Virus record (IMG/VR): IMGVR_UViG_2541047966_000006
Span: 1 to 43,607 of that record
Direction: 5' to 3' (one strand)
DNA: 43,607 nt
Source: a virus
Taxonomy: Duplodnaviria; Heunggongvirae; Uroviricota; Caudoviricetes
Shown here: in pieces, positions 10,677-20,351 of the stretch
Numbering within the stretch: the first letter of the stretch is position 1
Layout: every line of letters starts with the position of its first letter
Program-made: the position numbers and the translations under genes
The notes under the pieces: model-generated
What the model saw: only the letters and a program-made list of their open reading frames with translations
What the model was told of the DNA's origin: nothing
Database searches by the model: none

Positions 10677-10958
10677 ATGGGTACTATTGCAACTAAAAGC
10701 AAGAAAGCGGCTCGCATCGAGTCGGCCTTGCTGAACAAACTGGCACTGATGGGGCAGAAGACATTCGCTCGAGCAATGGGGGTTCCTGAATATCAGGTAA
10801 GCCGATGGAAGAATGGTTTCTTCTCGCAGGTAAGCATGATGCTTGCTGTTCTGGAATACGGAATCGAAGACGATGAAATGGCTGAATTGACTAAGCAGCT
10901 TGCCGATTACCTGACAAAAGAAAAAGCCCCGAAGAACGGCGAATTCTTCGAGGCCTGA
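10677..10958 (+). CDS. cII: CII-like transcriptional activator
   Basis: 93-aa ORF with [11 protein letters not shown]...VSRWK...MLAVLEYG pattern shared with lambda CII; position after nutR. Confidence 0.8.
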   Translation: MGTIATKSKKAARIESALLNKLALMGQKTFARAMGVPEYQVSRWKNGFFSQVSMMLAVLEYGIEDDEMAELTKQLADYLTKEKAPKNGEFFEA

Positions 10959-10992
10959 TGTAGAAAGACTGGATCAATCCACAGGAGTAATT

Positions 10993-11139
10993 ATGACAAA
11001 ACAACTCAGTCCTTACCAGGACAAAATTCACAAACACATACTACGTGATCGCTTCCTGTCCAGCTTCAAGCAGCCTGGTCGATTCCGGGCTGAGTTGGAA
11101 AAAGTGAAGCTGATGCAGAAGGAGAAAGGTCATGAGTAA
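10993..11139 (+). CDS. hypothetical small protein (48 aa)
   Basis: Hand-translated [31 protein letters not shown]...; SD AGGAGT upstream; overlaps start of replication gene. Confidence 0.4.
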   Translation: MTKQLSPYQDKIHKHILRDRFLSSFKQPGRFRAELEKVKLMQKEKGHE

Positions 11140-12031
11140 CATATCTAATCTAGCCGAAGCCAGAGAGGCCAGAAGGCTACAACAACCGCATCAAAGCAGC
11201 GGTAAGGGGTATGCCTTGCTGCACCGTAAAATTATGGATGTGCCGTTTTACAAGGACGCAGAAGCAGCGCATCTGTGGGTTCACTTAATCCTCAAAGCAA
11301 AGCATACGCCTGAGTATGTAATGACTGACGCAGGAGAAATTCTGGTAGGCAGAGGGAAGCTACTTGGCGGTAGAAACTCTCTGGCGTTTGAAACAGGACT
11401 CAAACCAGATCGCGTTCAGTACCTGCTTAGAAAGTTCAAAAAACTCGGCATGATTGACTGGGTTTCACACGGTAAATTCTCAGTTTTCTCGGTAGAGAAA
11501 TATGACGATTATCAGTCAAATTTTGTACCAGCAGATTACCAGCAAATTACCACCTCAAAGCCAGCAATACCAATGCCTGCAAGCAATACTGTACCAGCAG
11601 ATTACCAGCAAATTACCACAGATAAAGAATATAATAATATTATCTCTAATACTGACGTATTAGAGAGTACCGCAGCAGACAAAAAGTCTGACAAGAAAAA
11701 ACCTTCCGTCAGCTGTCAGGATGTTGTCGATGCTTACCACGAAATCCTTCCTGAAGCGCCAAGAATCCGCGCACTGAATGACAAGCGTAAAAACCAGATC
11801 CGAACGTTCTGGCGCAAAGCCGGAGTGATAACCCGCCAGCTTGACGGGCATGGGTTCACGATGCAGGACTGGAGAAATTATTTGAGCTACGTAGGCGAAA
11901 ATTGCCGATGGATGTTCGAAGAGCGTCCAAACCATCAACGCGGAACCGTCTGGCACAAAAAGGGATTTGATTTCCTGCTTAACGATAATACCTACCTGAA
12001 AGTTCGTGAGGGTGAACACGATGACCGATAA
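11132..12031 (+). CDS. replication initiation protein (O-like) containing origin iterons
   Basis: 299-aa ORF directly upstream of helicase gene; internal tandem repeats at DNA and protein level ([10 protein letters not shown] x2); helicase-loader position. Confidence 0.65.
   Translation: MSNISNLAEAREARRLQQPHQSSGKGYALLHRKIMDVPFYKDAEAAHLWVHLILKAKHTPEYVMTDAGEILVGRGKLLGGRNSLAFETGLKPDRVQYLLRKFKKLGMIDWVSHGKFSVFSVEKYDDYQSNFVPADYQQITTSKPAIPMPASNTVPADYQQITTDKEYNNIISNTDVLESTAADKKSDKKKPSVSCQDVVDAYHEILPEAPRIRALNDKRKNQIRTFWRKAGVITRQLDGHGFTMQDWRNYLSYVGENCRWMFEERPNHQRGTVWHKKGFDFLLNDNTYLKVREGEHDDR
11524..11618 (+). repeat. putative origin iterons inside the initiator gene
   Basis: Two 29-bp direct repeats GTACCAGCAGATTACCAGCAAATTACCAC (11524..11552, 11590..11618), each with internal ATTACCA sub-repeats. 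Confidence 0.5.
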
Positions 12032-13457
12032 TTTTTATGCGCCGCCCCATAGCATCGAGGCAGAGCAGGCGGTGATTGGTGGATTGCTTCTGGATGATGA
12101 CAGCAGTGAGCGCGTCCGGAAAGTCCTGGCGATGCTGAAGCCTGATTCATTTTACAGCCGACCACACAAAATCATTTTCGAAGAAATAACCAGAATGCAC
12201 CGTGAGCAAAAGCCAGTAGATGGCCTGACGCTTTTCGATGAACTGGAGCGTAAATCGTTAACGGTGTCTGTTGGCGGTTTTGCTTATATCGCTGAGATCG
12301 CAAAGAACACGCCAAGCGCAGCAAACATCGTTGCCTATGCAATGCAGGTTCGTGAAACCGCAATGGAACGCTACGCCATCAACCGCATGACTGAAGCGAC
12401 GGAATTGCTCTATTCCCGCAACGGAATGACTGCAACGCAGAAGTACGAAGCTATTCAGTCGATTTTCACGCAACTGACAGACCATGCAAAAACCGGATCG
12501 CGTCGCGGCCTTCGCTCATTTGGTGAGGTCATGGAAGACTGGGTTAGCGACCTTGAGAAGCGATTTGACCCGTCAGGCGAACAACGAGGAATGAGCACAG
12601 GGATCCCATCGCTGGACAGGATGCTGTCACCGAAAGGCCTGGTGAAAGGCTCTCTGTTTGTCATTGGCGCTCGCCCTAAGATGGGGAAAACGACGCTATA
12701 CAGCCAGATGGCAATCAACTGCGCAGTGCATGAGAAAAAGCCCGCTCTGATGTTCAGCCTTGAAATGCCCGGTGACCAGATACTGGAAAAACTGGTAGGA
12801 CAGAAGTCAGGTGTTAACCCGAATATTTTTTACCTTCCGGCGACAAATGACGCTGATGACGGCTATCAGGGTGATTACGATGGTGACTTCAACAGGGCGA
12901 TCGAAACAGCCAATCGCTTGAGTGAAATCGACCTGCTTTACATCGACGACACGCCGGGATTATCTCTGTCTCAAATCGTCAGCGAAAGCCGTCGAATCAA
13001 GCGAGAAAAAGGATGTGTTGGCATGATTCTGGTCGATTACCTGACACTAATGACCGCTGAAAAGGCCGATCGCAACGACCTTGCTTACGGCATGATCACC
13101 AAAGGACTGAAGAACCTTGCCAAAGAGCTTGATTGCGTTGTTGTGCTTCTGACACAGCTTAACCGCGCACTGGAAAGCCGAACCAATAAACGCCCATTGC
13201 CAAGTGACTCACGAGATACAGGGCAGATTGAACAGGATTGCGATTATTGGGTGGGGATCCATCGTGAAGGTGCTTTTGATGACAGTGTTCCACCTGGTGA
13301 AACCGAACTAATCCTTCGCCTCAATCGTCATGGCAATACCGGCACGGTGTATTGCATTCAGGCAAATGGCGCTATTTATGACACAGACCAACAGTCTGCT
13401 GAAATGCGCCGCCGTGAACGCGAGGAACCGCAGTCCAAGAAGAAAGGAGGATTCTGA
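12021..13457 (+). CDS. DnaB-family replicative helicase (P22 gene 12-like)
   Basis: Walker A GARPKMGKT, DnaB N-terminal domain IEAEQAVIGGLL; ATG at 12021 after GAGGGTGAA; the ORF-track start at 12006 is GTG. Confidence 0.85.
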   Translation: MTDNFYAPPHSIEAEQAVIGGLLLDDDSSERVRKVLAMLKPDSFYSRPHKIIFEEITRMHREQKPVDGLTLFDELERKSLTVSVGGFAYIAEIAKNTPSAANIVAYAMQVRETAMERYAINRMTEATELLYSRNGMTATQKYEAIQSIFTQLTDHAKTGSRRGLRSFGEVMEDWVSDLEKRFDPSGEQRGMSTGIPSLDRMLSPKGLVKGSLFVIGARPKMGKTTLYSQMAINCAVHEKKPALMFSLEMPGDQILEKLVGQKSGVNPNIFYLPATNDADDGYQGDYDGDFNRAIETANRLSEIDLLYIDDTPGLSLSQIVSESRRIKREKGCVGMILVDYLTLMTAEKADRNDLAYGMITKGLKNLAKELDCVVVLLTQLNRALESRTNKRPLPSDSRDTGQIEQDCDYWVGIHREGAFDDSVPPGETELILRLNRHGNTGTVYCIQANGAIYDTDQQSAEMRRREREEPQSKKKGGF

Positions 13458-13537
13458 TGACCATCTACATCACTGAGCTAATAACAGGCCTGCTGGTAAT
13501 CGCAGGCCTTTTTATTTGGGGGAGAGTAAATCGTGGC
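13457..13537 (+). CDS. hydrophobic micropeptide (26 aa), putative
   Basis: MTIYITELITGLLVIAGLFIWGRVNRG with strong SD AAAGGAGG 6 nt upstream; overlaps helicase stop (TGATG). Confidence 0.35.
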
Positions 13538-13739
13538 TGAGTTTATGCTCGTCGCATTCAAATGCGTTGGCGTTGGATGGATTCTTCTGACGTTTTTTAT
13601 TGTTCTGCATAGCTACATTCGTCTTGTGAATGACGGTAAAGACCCATGGTATACGTTGTTTGGCGCTGCATTTGTCTGGGTGATTATCGGTGTTATGCCT
13701 GTTGTCGTAGCAAAAATGGCGTGGCGTTTTGTGAGTTGA
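13533..13739 (+). CDS. small membrane protein (2 predicted TM helices)
   Basis: 68-aa ORF, GTG start after GGGGGAGAG; highly hydrophobic. Confidence 0.4.
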   Translation: MAEFMLVAFKCVGVGWILLTFFIVLHSYIRLVNDGKDPWYTLFGAAFVWVIIGVMPVVVAKMAWRFVS

Positions 13740-13756
13740 ACTGAGGGTAAGTATCG

Positions 13757-14041
13757 ATGGACGAATCAAGAAAGCAGTTTGAAGAAAGTTGGTTGCGACG
13801 TGGAGGCGAATCATCAGACCTTATCCGTTACCCTGAAAATCACCATGAAATTGGCAGTGGTGATATTGGTGGTCAATACGTGATGGACGATGTTCAAGGC
13901 CACTGGAAAACGTGGCAGGCATCGCGAGCAGCTATTGAAATTGAGTTGCCTGTATGGTTTGTCAGTGATGCTATTGCTGTGTACGACCGTGACGATATCG
14001 ATGAATCCATCCGCGCCGCTGGAATCAAAGTGAAGGAGTGA
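13757..14041 (+). CDS. hypothetical nin-region protein
   Basis: 94-aa ORF with SD GAGGGT; acidic; no domain recognised. Confidence 0.45.
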   Translation: MDESRKQFEESWLRRGGESSDLIRYPENHHEIGSGDIGGQYVMDDVQGHWKTWQASRAAIEIELPVWFVSDAIAVYDRDDIDESIRAAGIKVKE

Positions 14042-14043
14042 GT

Positions 14044-14229
14044 ATGAGTCGACGAAGTAGCTTTTTGGGGTTTGTAATATTCCTGTTCTGCACTGGTTAC
14101 ATCGTAATCTGGTCAATTTCGAACATTGACCGTGGCGGGGAATATCTCATTGTAATGTTCTTTCCTTTGTTTCTTGGGTGGTACGCCGCAAGGTTGCTGG
14201 AAGAATGGGGTTACAGGCATAAAAAATAA
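14044..14229 (+). CDS. small membrane protein (2 predicted TM helices)
   Basis: ATG 14044 after AAGGAG; MSRRSSFLGFVIFLFCTGYIVIW... hydrophobic. Confidence 0.4.
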   Translation: MSRRSSFLGFVIFLFCTGYIVIWSISNIDRGGEYLIVMFFPLFLGWYAARLLEEWGYRHKK

Positions 14230-14240
14230 AGGAGTATTCA

Positions 14241-14651
14241 GTGAAGCAAACAATCTTCCTCCGAACTAAGCAACAACAGCAAGCTGCAATAAATGCCATC
14301 CTCGCAACACCACTCGATAAAGACAAGCCAGTCACAATCCGCATTACTGACTACAAGCGCAACCTTGACCAGAACGCAAAATTTCACGCGATGCTGGCGG
14401 ATATCGCACGTCAGGTTCAATGGTGCGATAAATGGTTAAAACCAGAACAATGGAAGGTTTTGTTGATAAGCGGTCATGCAGTGGCGACAAAGCAGGAAGC
14501 TGATGTTTTGCCCGGGCTTGAAGGCGAATACGTCAACATTCGTGAGAGCAGCGCACAGATGAGCGTGAAGCGTATGGCAAGTCTGATTGAGTACACGACA
14601 GCATGGGCTATTGGTAAGGGTGTCAGATTTACCGACAGGAGGTACGAATGA
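14241..14651 (+). CDS. ninB: NinB recombination protein
   Basis: 136-aa ORF with [20 protein letters not shown]...W pattern matching lambda NinB; GTG start. Confidence 0.8.
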   Translation: MKQTIFLRTKQQQQAAINAILATPLDKDKPVTIRITDYKRNLDQNAKFHAMLADIARQVQWCDKWLKPEQWKVLLISGHAVATKQEADVLPGLEGEYVNIRESSAQMSVKRMASLIEYTTAWAIGKGVRFTDRRYE

Positions 14652-14824
14652 GACGACAGCGACGAAGTATCACCGACATCATCTGCGAAAACTGCAAATA
14701 CCTTCCAACGAAGCGCTCCAGAAATAAACGCAAGCCAATCCCAAAAGAATCTGACGTAAAAACCTTCAACTACACGGCTCACCTGTGGGATATCCGGTGG
14801 CTAAGACATCGTGCGAGGAAATGA
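14648..14824 (+). CDS. ninE: NinE-like small protein
   Basis: [27 protein letters not shown]... (58 aa) with ATGA overlap to ninB stop; matches my recollection of lambda NinE. Confidence 0.55.
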   Translation: MRRQRRSITDIICENCKYLPTKRSRNKRKPIPKESDVKTFNYTAHLWDIRWLRHRARK

Positions 14825-15228
14825 CAATGCTTTTAATTCAACCTGGATTTGGACTTAGCATCAAAAAAGGCCACATGTTTGGCGAGAAAGAGTCACAACG
14901 AAAAATGGTGTCTATCCGGTTGCCATTTATCAGTATTTATTGGCTAAACAGGGAGGCAACAAATTATTGGTATACATGCGCCAGAGCAGCATTTAACGAC
15001 CCTGACTGGTTTGTGAAAAACCACCACGCAGTTCGTCAGGCAAAGAGAAAGGCCAACATGACATACATGAAGGCGTATCAAAAAGCATGGAAAGAACACC
15101 GCGATCGATACCAACAAGACATGGAAAAGCTTGAATCAGAAAACATGGAATTAAGACGAAAGCTTGGTGAAGCAAAACGAGACATTGATGCTTACAAGCG
15201 ACTTTTTAATGGTGAAAGCCATGCTTAG
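14821..15228 (+). CDS. hypothetical nin-region protein with C-terminal coiled coil
   Basis: 135-aa ORF from ATG 14821 (ATGA overlap with preceding gene). Confidence 0.45.
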   Translation: MTMLLIQPGFGLSIKKGHMFGEKESQRKMVSIRLPFISIYWLNREATNYWYTCARAAFNDPDWFVKNHHAVRQAKRKANMTYMKAYQKAWKEHRDRYQQDMEKLESENMELRRKLGEAKRDIDAYKRLFNGESHA

Positions 15229-15397
15229 CCCATCCCAATCCCTTCAATACCAGAAAGAAAGCGTCGAGCGGGCTTTAACGTGCGCTAACTGCGGCCAGAA
15301 GCTGCATGTGCTGGAAGTTCACGTGTGTGAGCACTGCTGCGCAGAACTGATGAGCGATCCGAATAGCTCAATGTACGAGGAAGAAGACGATGAATGA
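15221..15397 (+). CDS. ninF: NinF
   Basis: C-terminal ESVERALTCANCGQKLHVLEVHVCEHCCAELMSDPNSSM.EEEDD matches lambda NinF; ATG 15221 overlaps upstream stop. Confidence 0.7.
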   Translation: MLSPSQSLQYQKESVERALTCANCGQKLHVLEVHVCEHCCAELMSDPNSSMYEEEDDE

Positions 15398-16112
15398 GTT
15401 AATAAATGGCAATGCCATCAAAATGACAAGCATTGAAATCGCTGAGTTGGTGGGAAGTCGTCCAGATAACGTAAAAATATCAATAGAGCGCCTTGCTAAA
15501 TCTGGAGTTATTCAACTTCCTGCATTGCAGGTTTTCGAAAAAATCAATAACTTAGGACTGCGCCGTAGTGTCGAGGCTTACGTCTTCGAAGGCGAACAAG
15601 GTAAGCGCGACAGCATTATTGTCGTTGCCCAGTTGTCGCCGGAATTCACCGCTCGTCTTGTTGACCGTTGGCGAGAGCTTGAAGAAGCTGCGGTTAATAT
15701 CCCCAAAACGCTACCAGAAGCGTTGCGCCTTGCTGCTGATCTTGCTGAGCAGAAAATGCAACTGGAAAACCAGCTCGCAATTGCCGCACCTAAAGTTGAG
15801 TTTGCCGATCGCGTTGGCGAGGCCAGTGGAATTTTGATTGGAAACTTTGCAAAGGTTGTTGGAATTGGTCCAAACAAACTGTTTGCGTGGATGCGCGATC
15901 ACAAAATCCTTATTGCTTCAGGTTCCCGGCGCAATGTGCCAATGCAGGAATATATGGATCGCGGCTATTTCACAGTGAAAGAAACAGCAGTCAATACAAA
16001 TCACGGAATACAGATATCGTTCACCACAAAAATCACCGGGCGTGGTCAACAGTGGCTGACCAGAAAGCTGCTCGATAACGGAATGCTGAAAGTAACAGGG
16101 GAGGCTGCTTAA
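15390..16112 (+). CDS. Rha-N / KilA-C (ANT-like) two-domain regulatory protein
   Basis: 240-aa ORF inserted between ninF and the DUF1364/rusA genes; N-terminal Rha-like HTH region and C-terminal antirepressor-like region (domain calls from pattern recollection). Confidence 0.6.
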   Translation: MNELINGNAIKMTSIEIAELVGSRPDNVKISIERLAKSGVIQLPALQVFEKINNLGLRRSVEAYVFEGEQGKRDSIIVVAQLSPEFTARLVDRWRELEEAAVNIPKTLPEALRLAADLAEQKMQLENQLAIAAPKVEFADRVGEASGILIGNFAKVVGIGPNKLFAWMRDHKILIASGSRRNVPMQEYMDRGYFTVKETAVNTNHGIQISFTTKITGRGQQWLTRKLLDNGMLKVTGEAA

Positions 16113-16402
16113 TGGCTAACCTACGCAAAGAAGCTCGCGGCAGAGAATGCCAGGTACGTATTTACGGCATATGCAATGGCAATCCTGAAACTACAGTTCT
16201 GGCACATTACCGGATGGCTGGAATTTGCGGAACTGGAATGAAGCCTGATGACCTGATCGGCGCATGGGCTTGTAGCGCGTGTCACGATGAAATCGACCGA
16301 CGCACCCATAATCTCGACAACAAAGACGCCAGACTTTACCACCTCGAAGGCGTGATCAGGACGCAGGCGATACTGCTGAAGGAGGGGAAGATTAAGCCAT
16401 GA
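16112..16402 (+). CDS. DUF1364-like nin-region protein
   Basis: 96-aa ORF with conserved Cys/His (C..VR.YG.C...C.AC.HDE) immediately upstream of rusA. Confidence 0.55.
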   Translation: MANLRKEARGRECQVRIYGICNGNPETTVLAHYRMAGICGTGMKPDDLIGAWACSACHDEIDRRTHNLDNKDARLYHLEGVIRTQAILLKEGKIKP

Positions 16403-16761
16403 ACGAATATCAGTTTGTGCTTCCTTACCCGCCGTCGGTGAATACCTACTGGCGAAGACGGGGAAGCCAATACTACATCAGCGATAAAGGCCAGAAATAC
16501 CGAAAAGACGTTCAGCAAATCATCCGCCAACTCAAGTTAGACATTTTCACCAAATCACGACTCCGCATCAAAGTCATCGCAGACGTTCCAGACTCCCGCC
16601 GCCGCGACCTCGATAACATCCTGAAGGGCTTACTCGACTCCCTTATCCACGCCGGGTTTGCGGAAGATGACGAGCAATTCGATGACATTCGCGTAATTCG
16701 TGGCGTGAAAGTACCAGGCGGAAGGCTTGGAATAAAAATCACCGAACTGGAGAACGCATGA
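16399..16761 (+). CDS. rusA: Holliday junction resolvase RusA
   Basis: 120-aa ORF with RusA-like sequence (PPSVNTYW...DLDNILKGLLD) in the nin region. Confidence 0.85.
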   Translation: MNEYQFVLPYPPSVNTYWRRRGSQYYISDKGQKYRKDVQQIIRQLKLDIFTKSRLRIKVIADVPDSRRRDLDNILKGLLDSLIHAGFAEDDEQFDDIRVIRGVKVPGGRLGIKITELENA

Positions 16762-16946
16762 ACGCCACAATTCAAACGATACCAGAGCTTCTTATCCAGA
16801 CACGAGGCAATCAGACCGAAGTGGCGAGGATGCTTTCCTGCGCAAGAGGAACAGTGCTCAAGTACAACCGAGACAGCAAAGGCGAGCGTCACGTAATAGT
16901 TAACGGCGTCCTGATGGTCAAACAGGGCAAGAGGGGTAGACCATGA
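16758..16946 (+). CDS. ninH: NinH
   Basis: 62-aa ORF, TIPELL...GNQTEVARML.C.RGTV.KY motif matching lambda NinH. Confidence 0.8.
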   Translation: MNATIQTIPELLIQTRGNQTEVARMLSCARGTVLKYNRDSKGERHVIVNGVLMVKQGKRGRP

Positions 16947-17566
16947 GACTCGAAAGTGTAGCTAAATTTCATTCGCCAAAAAGCCCGATGATGAGCGACT
17001 CACCACGGGCCACGGCTTCTGACTCTCTTTCCGGTACTGATGTGATGGCTGCTATGGGGATGGCGCAATCACAAGCCGGATTTGGAATGGCTGCATTCTG
17101 TGGTAAGCACGAACTCAGCCAGAACGACAAACAAAAGGCTATCAACTATCTGATGCAATTTGCACACAAGGTATCGGGGAAATACCGTGGTGTGGCAAAG
17201 CTCGAAGGAAATACTAAGGCAAAGGTACTGCAAGTGCTCGCAACATTCGCTTATGCGGATTATTGCCGTAGTGCCGCGACGCCGGGGGCAAGATGCAGAG
17301 ATTGCCACGGTACAGGCCGCGCGGTTGATATAGCAAAAACAGAGCAGTGGGGGAGAGTTGTTGAGAAAGAGTGCGGAAGATGCAAAGGTGTCGGCTATTC
17401 AAGGATGCCAGCAAGCGCCGCATATCGCGCTGTAACGATGCTAATCCCAAACCTTACTCAACCCACCTGGTCACGCACTGTTAAGCCGCTGTATGACGCT
17501 CTGGTGGTTCAATGCCACAAGGAAGAGTCAATCGCAGACAACATTTTGAACGCGGTCACACGTTAG
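16943..17566 (+). CDS. Q: late antiterminator Q (lambda type)
   Basis: 207-aa protein MRLESVAKFHSPKSPMMSDSPRATASDS..., near-identical to lambda Q as recalled. Confidence 0.95.
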   Translation: MRLESVAKFHSPKSPMMSDSPRATASDSLSGTDVMAAMGMAQSQAGFGMAAFCGKHELSQNDKQKAINYLMQFAHKVSGKYRGVAKLEGNTKAKVLQVLATFAYADYCRSAATPGARCRDCHGTGRAVDIAKTEQWGRVVEKECGRCKGVGYSRMPASAAYRAVTMLIPNLTQPTWSRTVKPLYDALVVQCHKEESIADNILNAVTR

Positions 17567-17608
17567 CAGCATGATTGCCACGGATGGCAACATATTAACG
17601 GCATGATA

Positions 17609-17637
17609 TTGACTTTTTGAATAAAGTTGGGTAAATT
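17609..17637 (+). promoter_or_regulatory. late promoter pR' with qut region
   Basis: TTGACT-17 bp-TAAATT followed by sequence nearly identical to the lambda pR'/6S leader. Confidence 0.8.
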
Positions 17638-17780
17638 TGACCCAACGATGGGTTAATTCGCTCGTTGTGGTAGTGAGATAAAAAGAGGCGGCGCTTACTA
17701 CCGATTCCGCCTAGTTGGTCACTTCGACGTATCGTCTGGAACTCCAACCATCGCAGGCTGAGAGGTCTGCAAAATGCAAT

Positions 17781-17837
17781 CCCGAAACAGTTCGCAGGTA
17801 ATAGTTAGAGCCTGCATAACGGTTTCGTGATTTTTTA
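17781..17837 (+). terminator. tR' (end of 6S RNA)
   Basis: Stem CCCGAAAC...GTTTCG(T)G then TTTTTTAT; one G-to-T difference from the lambda stem as recalled. Confidence 0.7.
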
Positions 17838-18388
17838 TATCTGCACAACAGGTAAGAGCATTAAAGAACTGGCAAAGAGCTTAACGGTCTGCGAAAGCAT
17901 TTCTTAGTGGCACAACTGGCCGGTACAACTGAGTGCTCTTTCCGGTGTGGTGAATGCGCAGGCTGATGCGCGCAGGAGAGCTTCGGAAGAACAAGGTGCC
18001 TGTATACAAGCCGGAGATCAGCGCCGGCCACCACAGCCAAATCCACCCAGAGCAAAACCGTTGTTCATCCTTACCATTCCCTCAGTATTTTGGGCTACAA
18101 CCCTCAGCCCATTTTTTAAAGCGTACTTCCACCAAGAACCAGACCTAACCAACTCATTGCTGACACTCTGTGGATACGGTTGTCTAGTGCGCTTTAAAAA
18201 AGAAAACCCAGCATCAATGGCTGGGCTTCGTGATATGAGCGGCATGTATTGTTGGCGCAATCCACGCCTGATTTGCTCATGAATGCGGTCACGAACAAAC
18301 CCGTTACAAATCAACCGTAACCCGGATTTGTTCAAGCGACCATATCTATAATTCCTAATTTGAACAGATCCCCTTCTGGGGGTAAGAC

Positions 18389-18712
18389 ATGAAGATGCCA
18401 GAAAAACATGACCTGTTAGCCGCCATTCTCGCGGCAAAGGAACAAGGCATCGGGGCAATCCTTGCGTTTGCAATGGCGTACCTTCGCGGCAGATATAATG
18501 GCGGTGCGTTTACAAAAACAGTAATCGACGCAACGATGTGCGCCATTATCGCCTGGTTCATTCGTGACCTTCTCGACTTCGCCGGACTAAGTAGCAATCT
18601 CGCTTATATAACGAGCGTGTTCATCGGCTACATCGGTACTGACTCGATTGGTTCGCTTATCAAACGCTTCGCTGCTAAAAAAGCCGGAGTAGAAGATGGT
18701 GGAAATCAATAA
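18389..18712 (+). CDS. S: holin S (dual-start S107/S105)
   Basis: [39 protein letters not shown]... identical in pattern to lambda S; ATGAAGATG dual start. Confidence 0.95.
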   Translation: MKMPEKHDLLAAILAAKEQGIGAILAFAMAYLRGRYNGGAFTKTVIDATMCAIIAWFIRDLLDFAGLSSNLAYITSVFIGYIGTDSIGSLIKRFAAKKAGVEDGGNQ

Positions 18713-19172
18713 TCAACGTAAGGCGTTCCTCGATATGCTGGCGTGGTCAGAAGGAACAGATAACGGACGGCAGAAAACCAGAAATCACGGTTATGATGTT
18801 ATTGTCGGTGGCGAGCTGTTCACTGATTACTCCGATCACCCCCGCAAACTTGTCACGCTAAATCCGAAACTCAAATCAACAGCCGCCGGACGTTACCAGC
18901 TTCTTTCCCGTTGGTGGGATGCCTATCGTAAGCAGCTTGGCCTGAAAGACTTCTCTCCGAAAAGCCAGGACGCTGTGGCACTGCAACAGATTAAAGAGCG
19001 TGGCGCTTTACCGATGATTGATCGCGGTGATATTCGTCAGGCTATCGACCGTTGCAGCAATATCTGGGCTTCACTGCCTGGCGCTGGTTATGGTCAGTTC
19101 GAGCATAAGGCTGACAGCCTGATTGCAAAATTCAAAGAGGCTGGCGGAACGGTCAGAGAGATTGAGGTATGA
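18696..19172 (+). CDS. R: endolysin R (lytic transglycosylase)
   Basis: 158-aa protein [35 protein letters not shown]... lambda R-like. Confidence 0.95.
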   Translation: MVEINNQRKAFLDMLAWSEGTDNGRQKTRNHGYDVIVGGELFTDYSDHPRKLVTLNPKLKSTAAGRYQLLSRWWDAYRKQLGLKDFSPKSQDAVALQQIKERGALPMIDRGDIRQAIDRCSNIWASLPGAGYGQFEHKADSLIAKFKEAGGTVREIEV

Positions 19173-19606
19173 GCAGAGTCGCCGCGATTATTTATGCTCT
19201 GGTTATCTGCATCATCGTCTGCCTGTCATGGGCTGTTAATCATTACCGTGATAACGCCACCGCCTACAAAGAGCAGCGCGATAAAGCCATATCCATCATC
19301 GCTGATATGCAGAAGCGGCAACGTGATGTAGCAGAACTCGACGCCAGATACACAAAGGAGCTTGCTGATGCTAACGCGACTATCGAAAGTCTCCGTGCTG
19401 ATGTTTCTGCTGGGCGTAAGCGCCTGCAAGTCGCCGCCACCTGTGCAAAGTCAACGACCGGAGCCAGCGGCATGGGCGATGGAGAAAGCCCAAGACTTAC
19501 AGCAGATGCTGAACTCAATTATTACCGTCTCCGAAGTGGAATCGACAAGATAACCGCGCAGGTTAACTACCTGCAGGAGTACATCAGGACGCAATGCCTG
19601 AAATAA
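19169..19606 (+). CDS. Rz: spanin inner-membrane subunit Rz
   Basis: 145-aa ORF with N-terminal TM and coiled coil; lambda Rz-like N-terminus [28 protein letters not shown]. Confidence 0.85.
   Translation: MSRVAAIIYALVICIIVCLSWAVNHYRDNATAYKEQRDKAISIIADMQKRQRDVAELDARYTKELADANATIESLRADVSAGRKRLQVAATCAKSTTGASGMGDGESPRLTADAELNYYRLRSGIDKITAQVNYLQEYIRTQCLK
19368..19553 (+). CDS. Rz1: spanin outer-membrane lipoprotein Rz1 (embedded in Rz, +1 frame)
   Basis: ORF within Rz encoding [20 protein letters not shown]... with lipobox and proline-rich segment. Confidence 0.7.
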   Translation: MLTRLSKVSVLMFLLGVSACKSPPPVQSQRPEPAAWAMEKAQDLQQMLNSIITVSEVESTR

Positions 19607-19636
19607 TTTTTTTGCAAATCACAAAGTCAATTTAAT

Positions 19637-19662
19637 GAGCCTCGCGATGCGGGGCTTTTTTA
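19637..19662 (+). terminator. putative rho-independent terminator after lysis cassette
   Basis: GAGCCTCGC-GAT-GCGGGGCTT imperfect stem followed by TTTTTTAT. Confidence 0.45.
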
Positions 19663-19808
19663 TGTCCGCAGTAAACGCGCTTCACACGCGCGACTTATGA
19701 ACACAGAACCTTTCAGGATGACCCTTGAGGATGCCGGTTTGGTGATCGGTGCCTTTCTGTGGGCCGGAATCCTGTGTGACAAGGTTCATCACTAAAAGGT
19801 GAACACTG

Positions 19809-20351
19809 ATGAATTATCCAACTATCGTTAACGGCATCGATTTCCGAGATCTGATTTTTGTGGCAAACAACGATCCGGTTACAGATTCTTTTATGGTGGC
19901 AAAAGCATTTGGAAAGCTGCCGAAGAACGTAGTTCGTGACATTGAACGAACCATAGAAGCTTGCCCTCCTGAGTTTGATACAAAGCTCAACTTTGAGCTT
20001 TGCTATAAAAACAATGAGTTACAGAATGGTAAGCCGCAAAAATTCTACCGTCTCCGCAAGGATGGGTTGATGCTTTTGGTTATGTCCTACACCAAAAAAG
20101 AAGCAATGCGTATCAAAATTGCTTACATCAACGCATTCAACTGGATGTACGCCATGCTTCAGGTTGGTCATCGTCAATTTGAAGAAGAGCGAAACGCCGT
20201 AATGCTGGAGTACATGAAAGAAAAGGATGTCGCCAGCATGTCTGGCCGTCTGCTCAATCGCTGGGGAAAAATTAAGAAGCCTCAGCTAATGGCGAGAATT
20301 GAACGCCTTGAACAGCACGGGCAAACCGTAATCCCCGGACTCACTAATTAA
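19809..20351 (+). CDS. rha: Rha-family phage regulatory protein
   Basis: 180-aa ORF with Rha-like N-terminus (MVAKAFGK...NVVRDIE); position between lysis genes and terminase as in P22. Confidence 0.7.
   Translation: MNYPTIVNGIDFRDLIFVANNDPVTDSFMVAKAFGKLPKNVVRDIERTIEACPPEFDTKLNFELCYKNNELQNGKPQKFYRLRKDGLMLLVMSYTKKEAMRIKIAYINAFNWMYAMLQVGHRQFEEERNAVMLEYMKEKDVASMSGRLLNRWGKIKKPQLMARIERLEQHGQTVIPGLTN

Noticed and set aside
17567-18388. Shiga-toxin or other toxin/tRNA cargo between Q and S
   Set aside because: The interval is only about 820 bp and contains the pR'/6S leader plus non-coding sequence; no A/B toxin-like ORFs or tRNA cloverleafs are present.
17947-18473. ORF-track entries 17947..18282 (+), 17954..18148 (+) and 18018..18473 (-) as genes
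   Set aside because: They overlap the late leader and S upstream structure, lack SD sequences, and translate to Arg/Pro-rich low-complexity products; most likely spurious.
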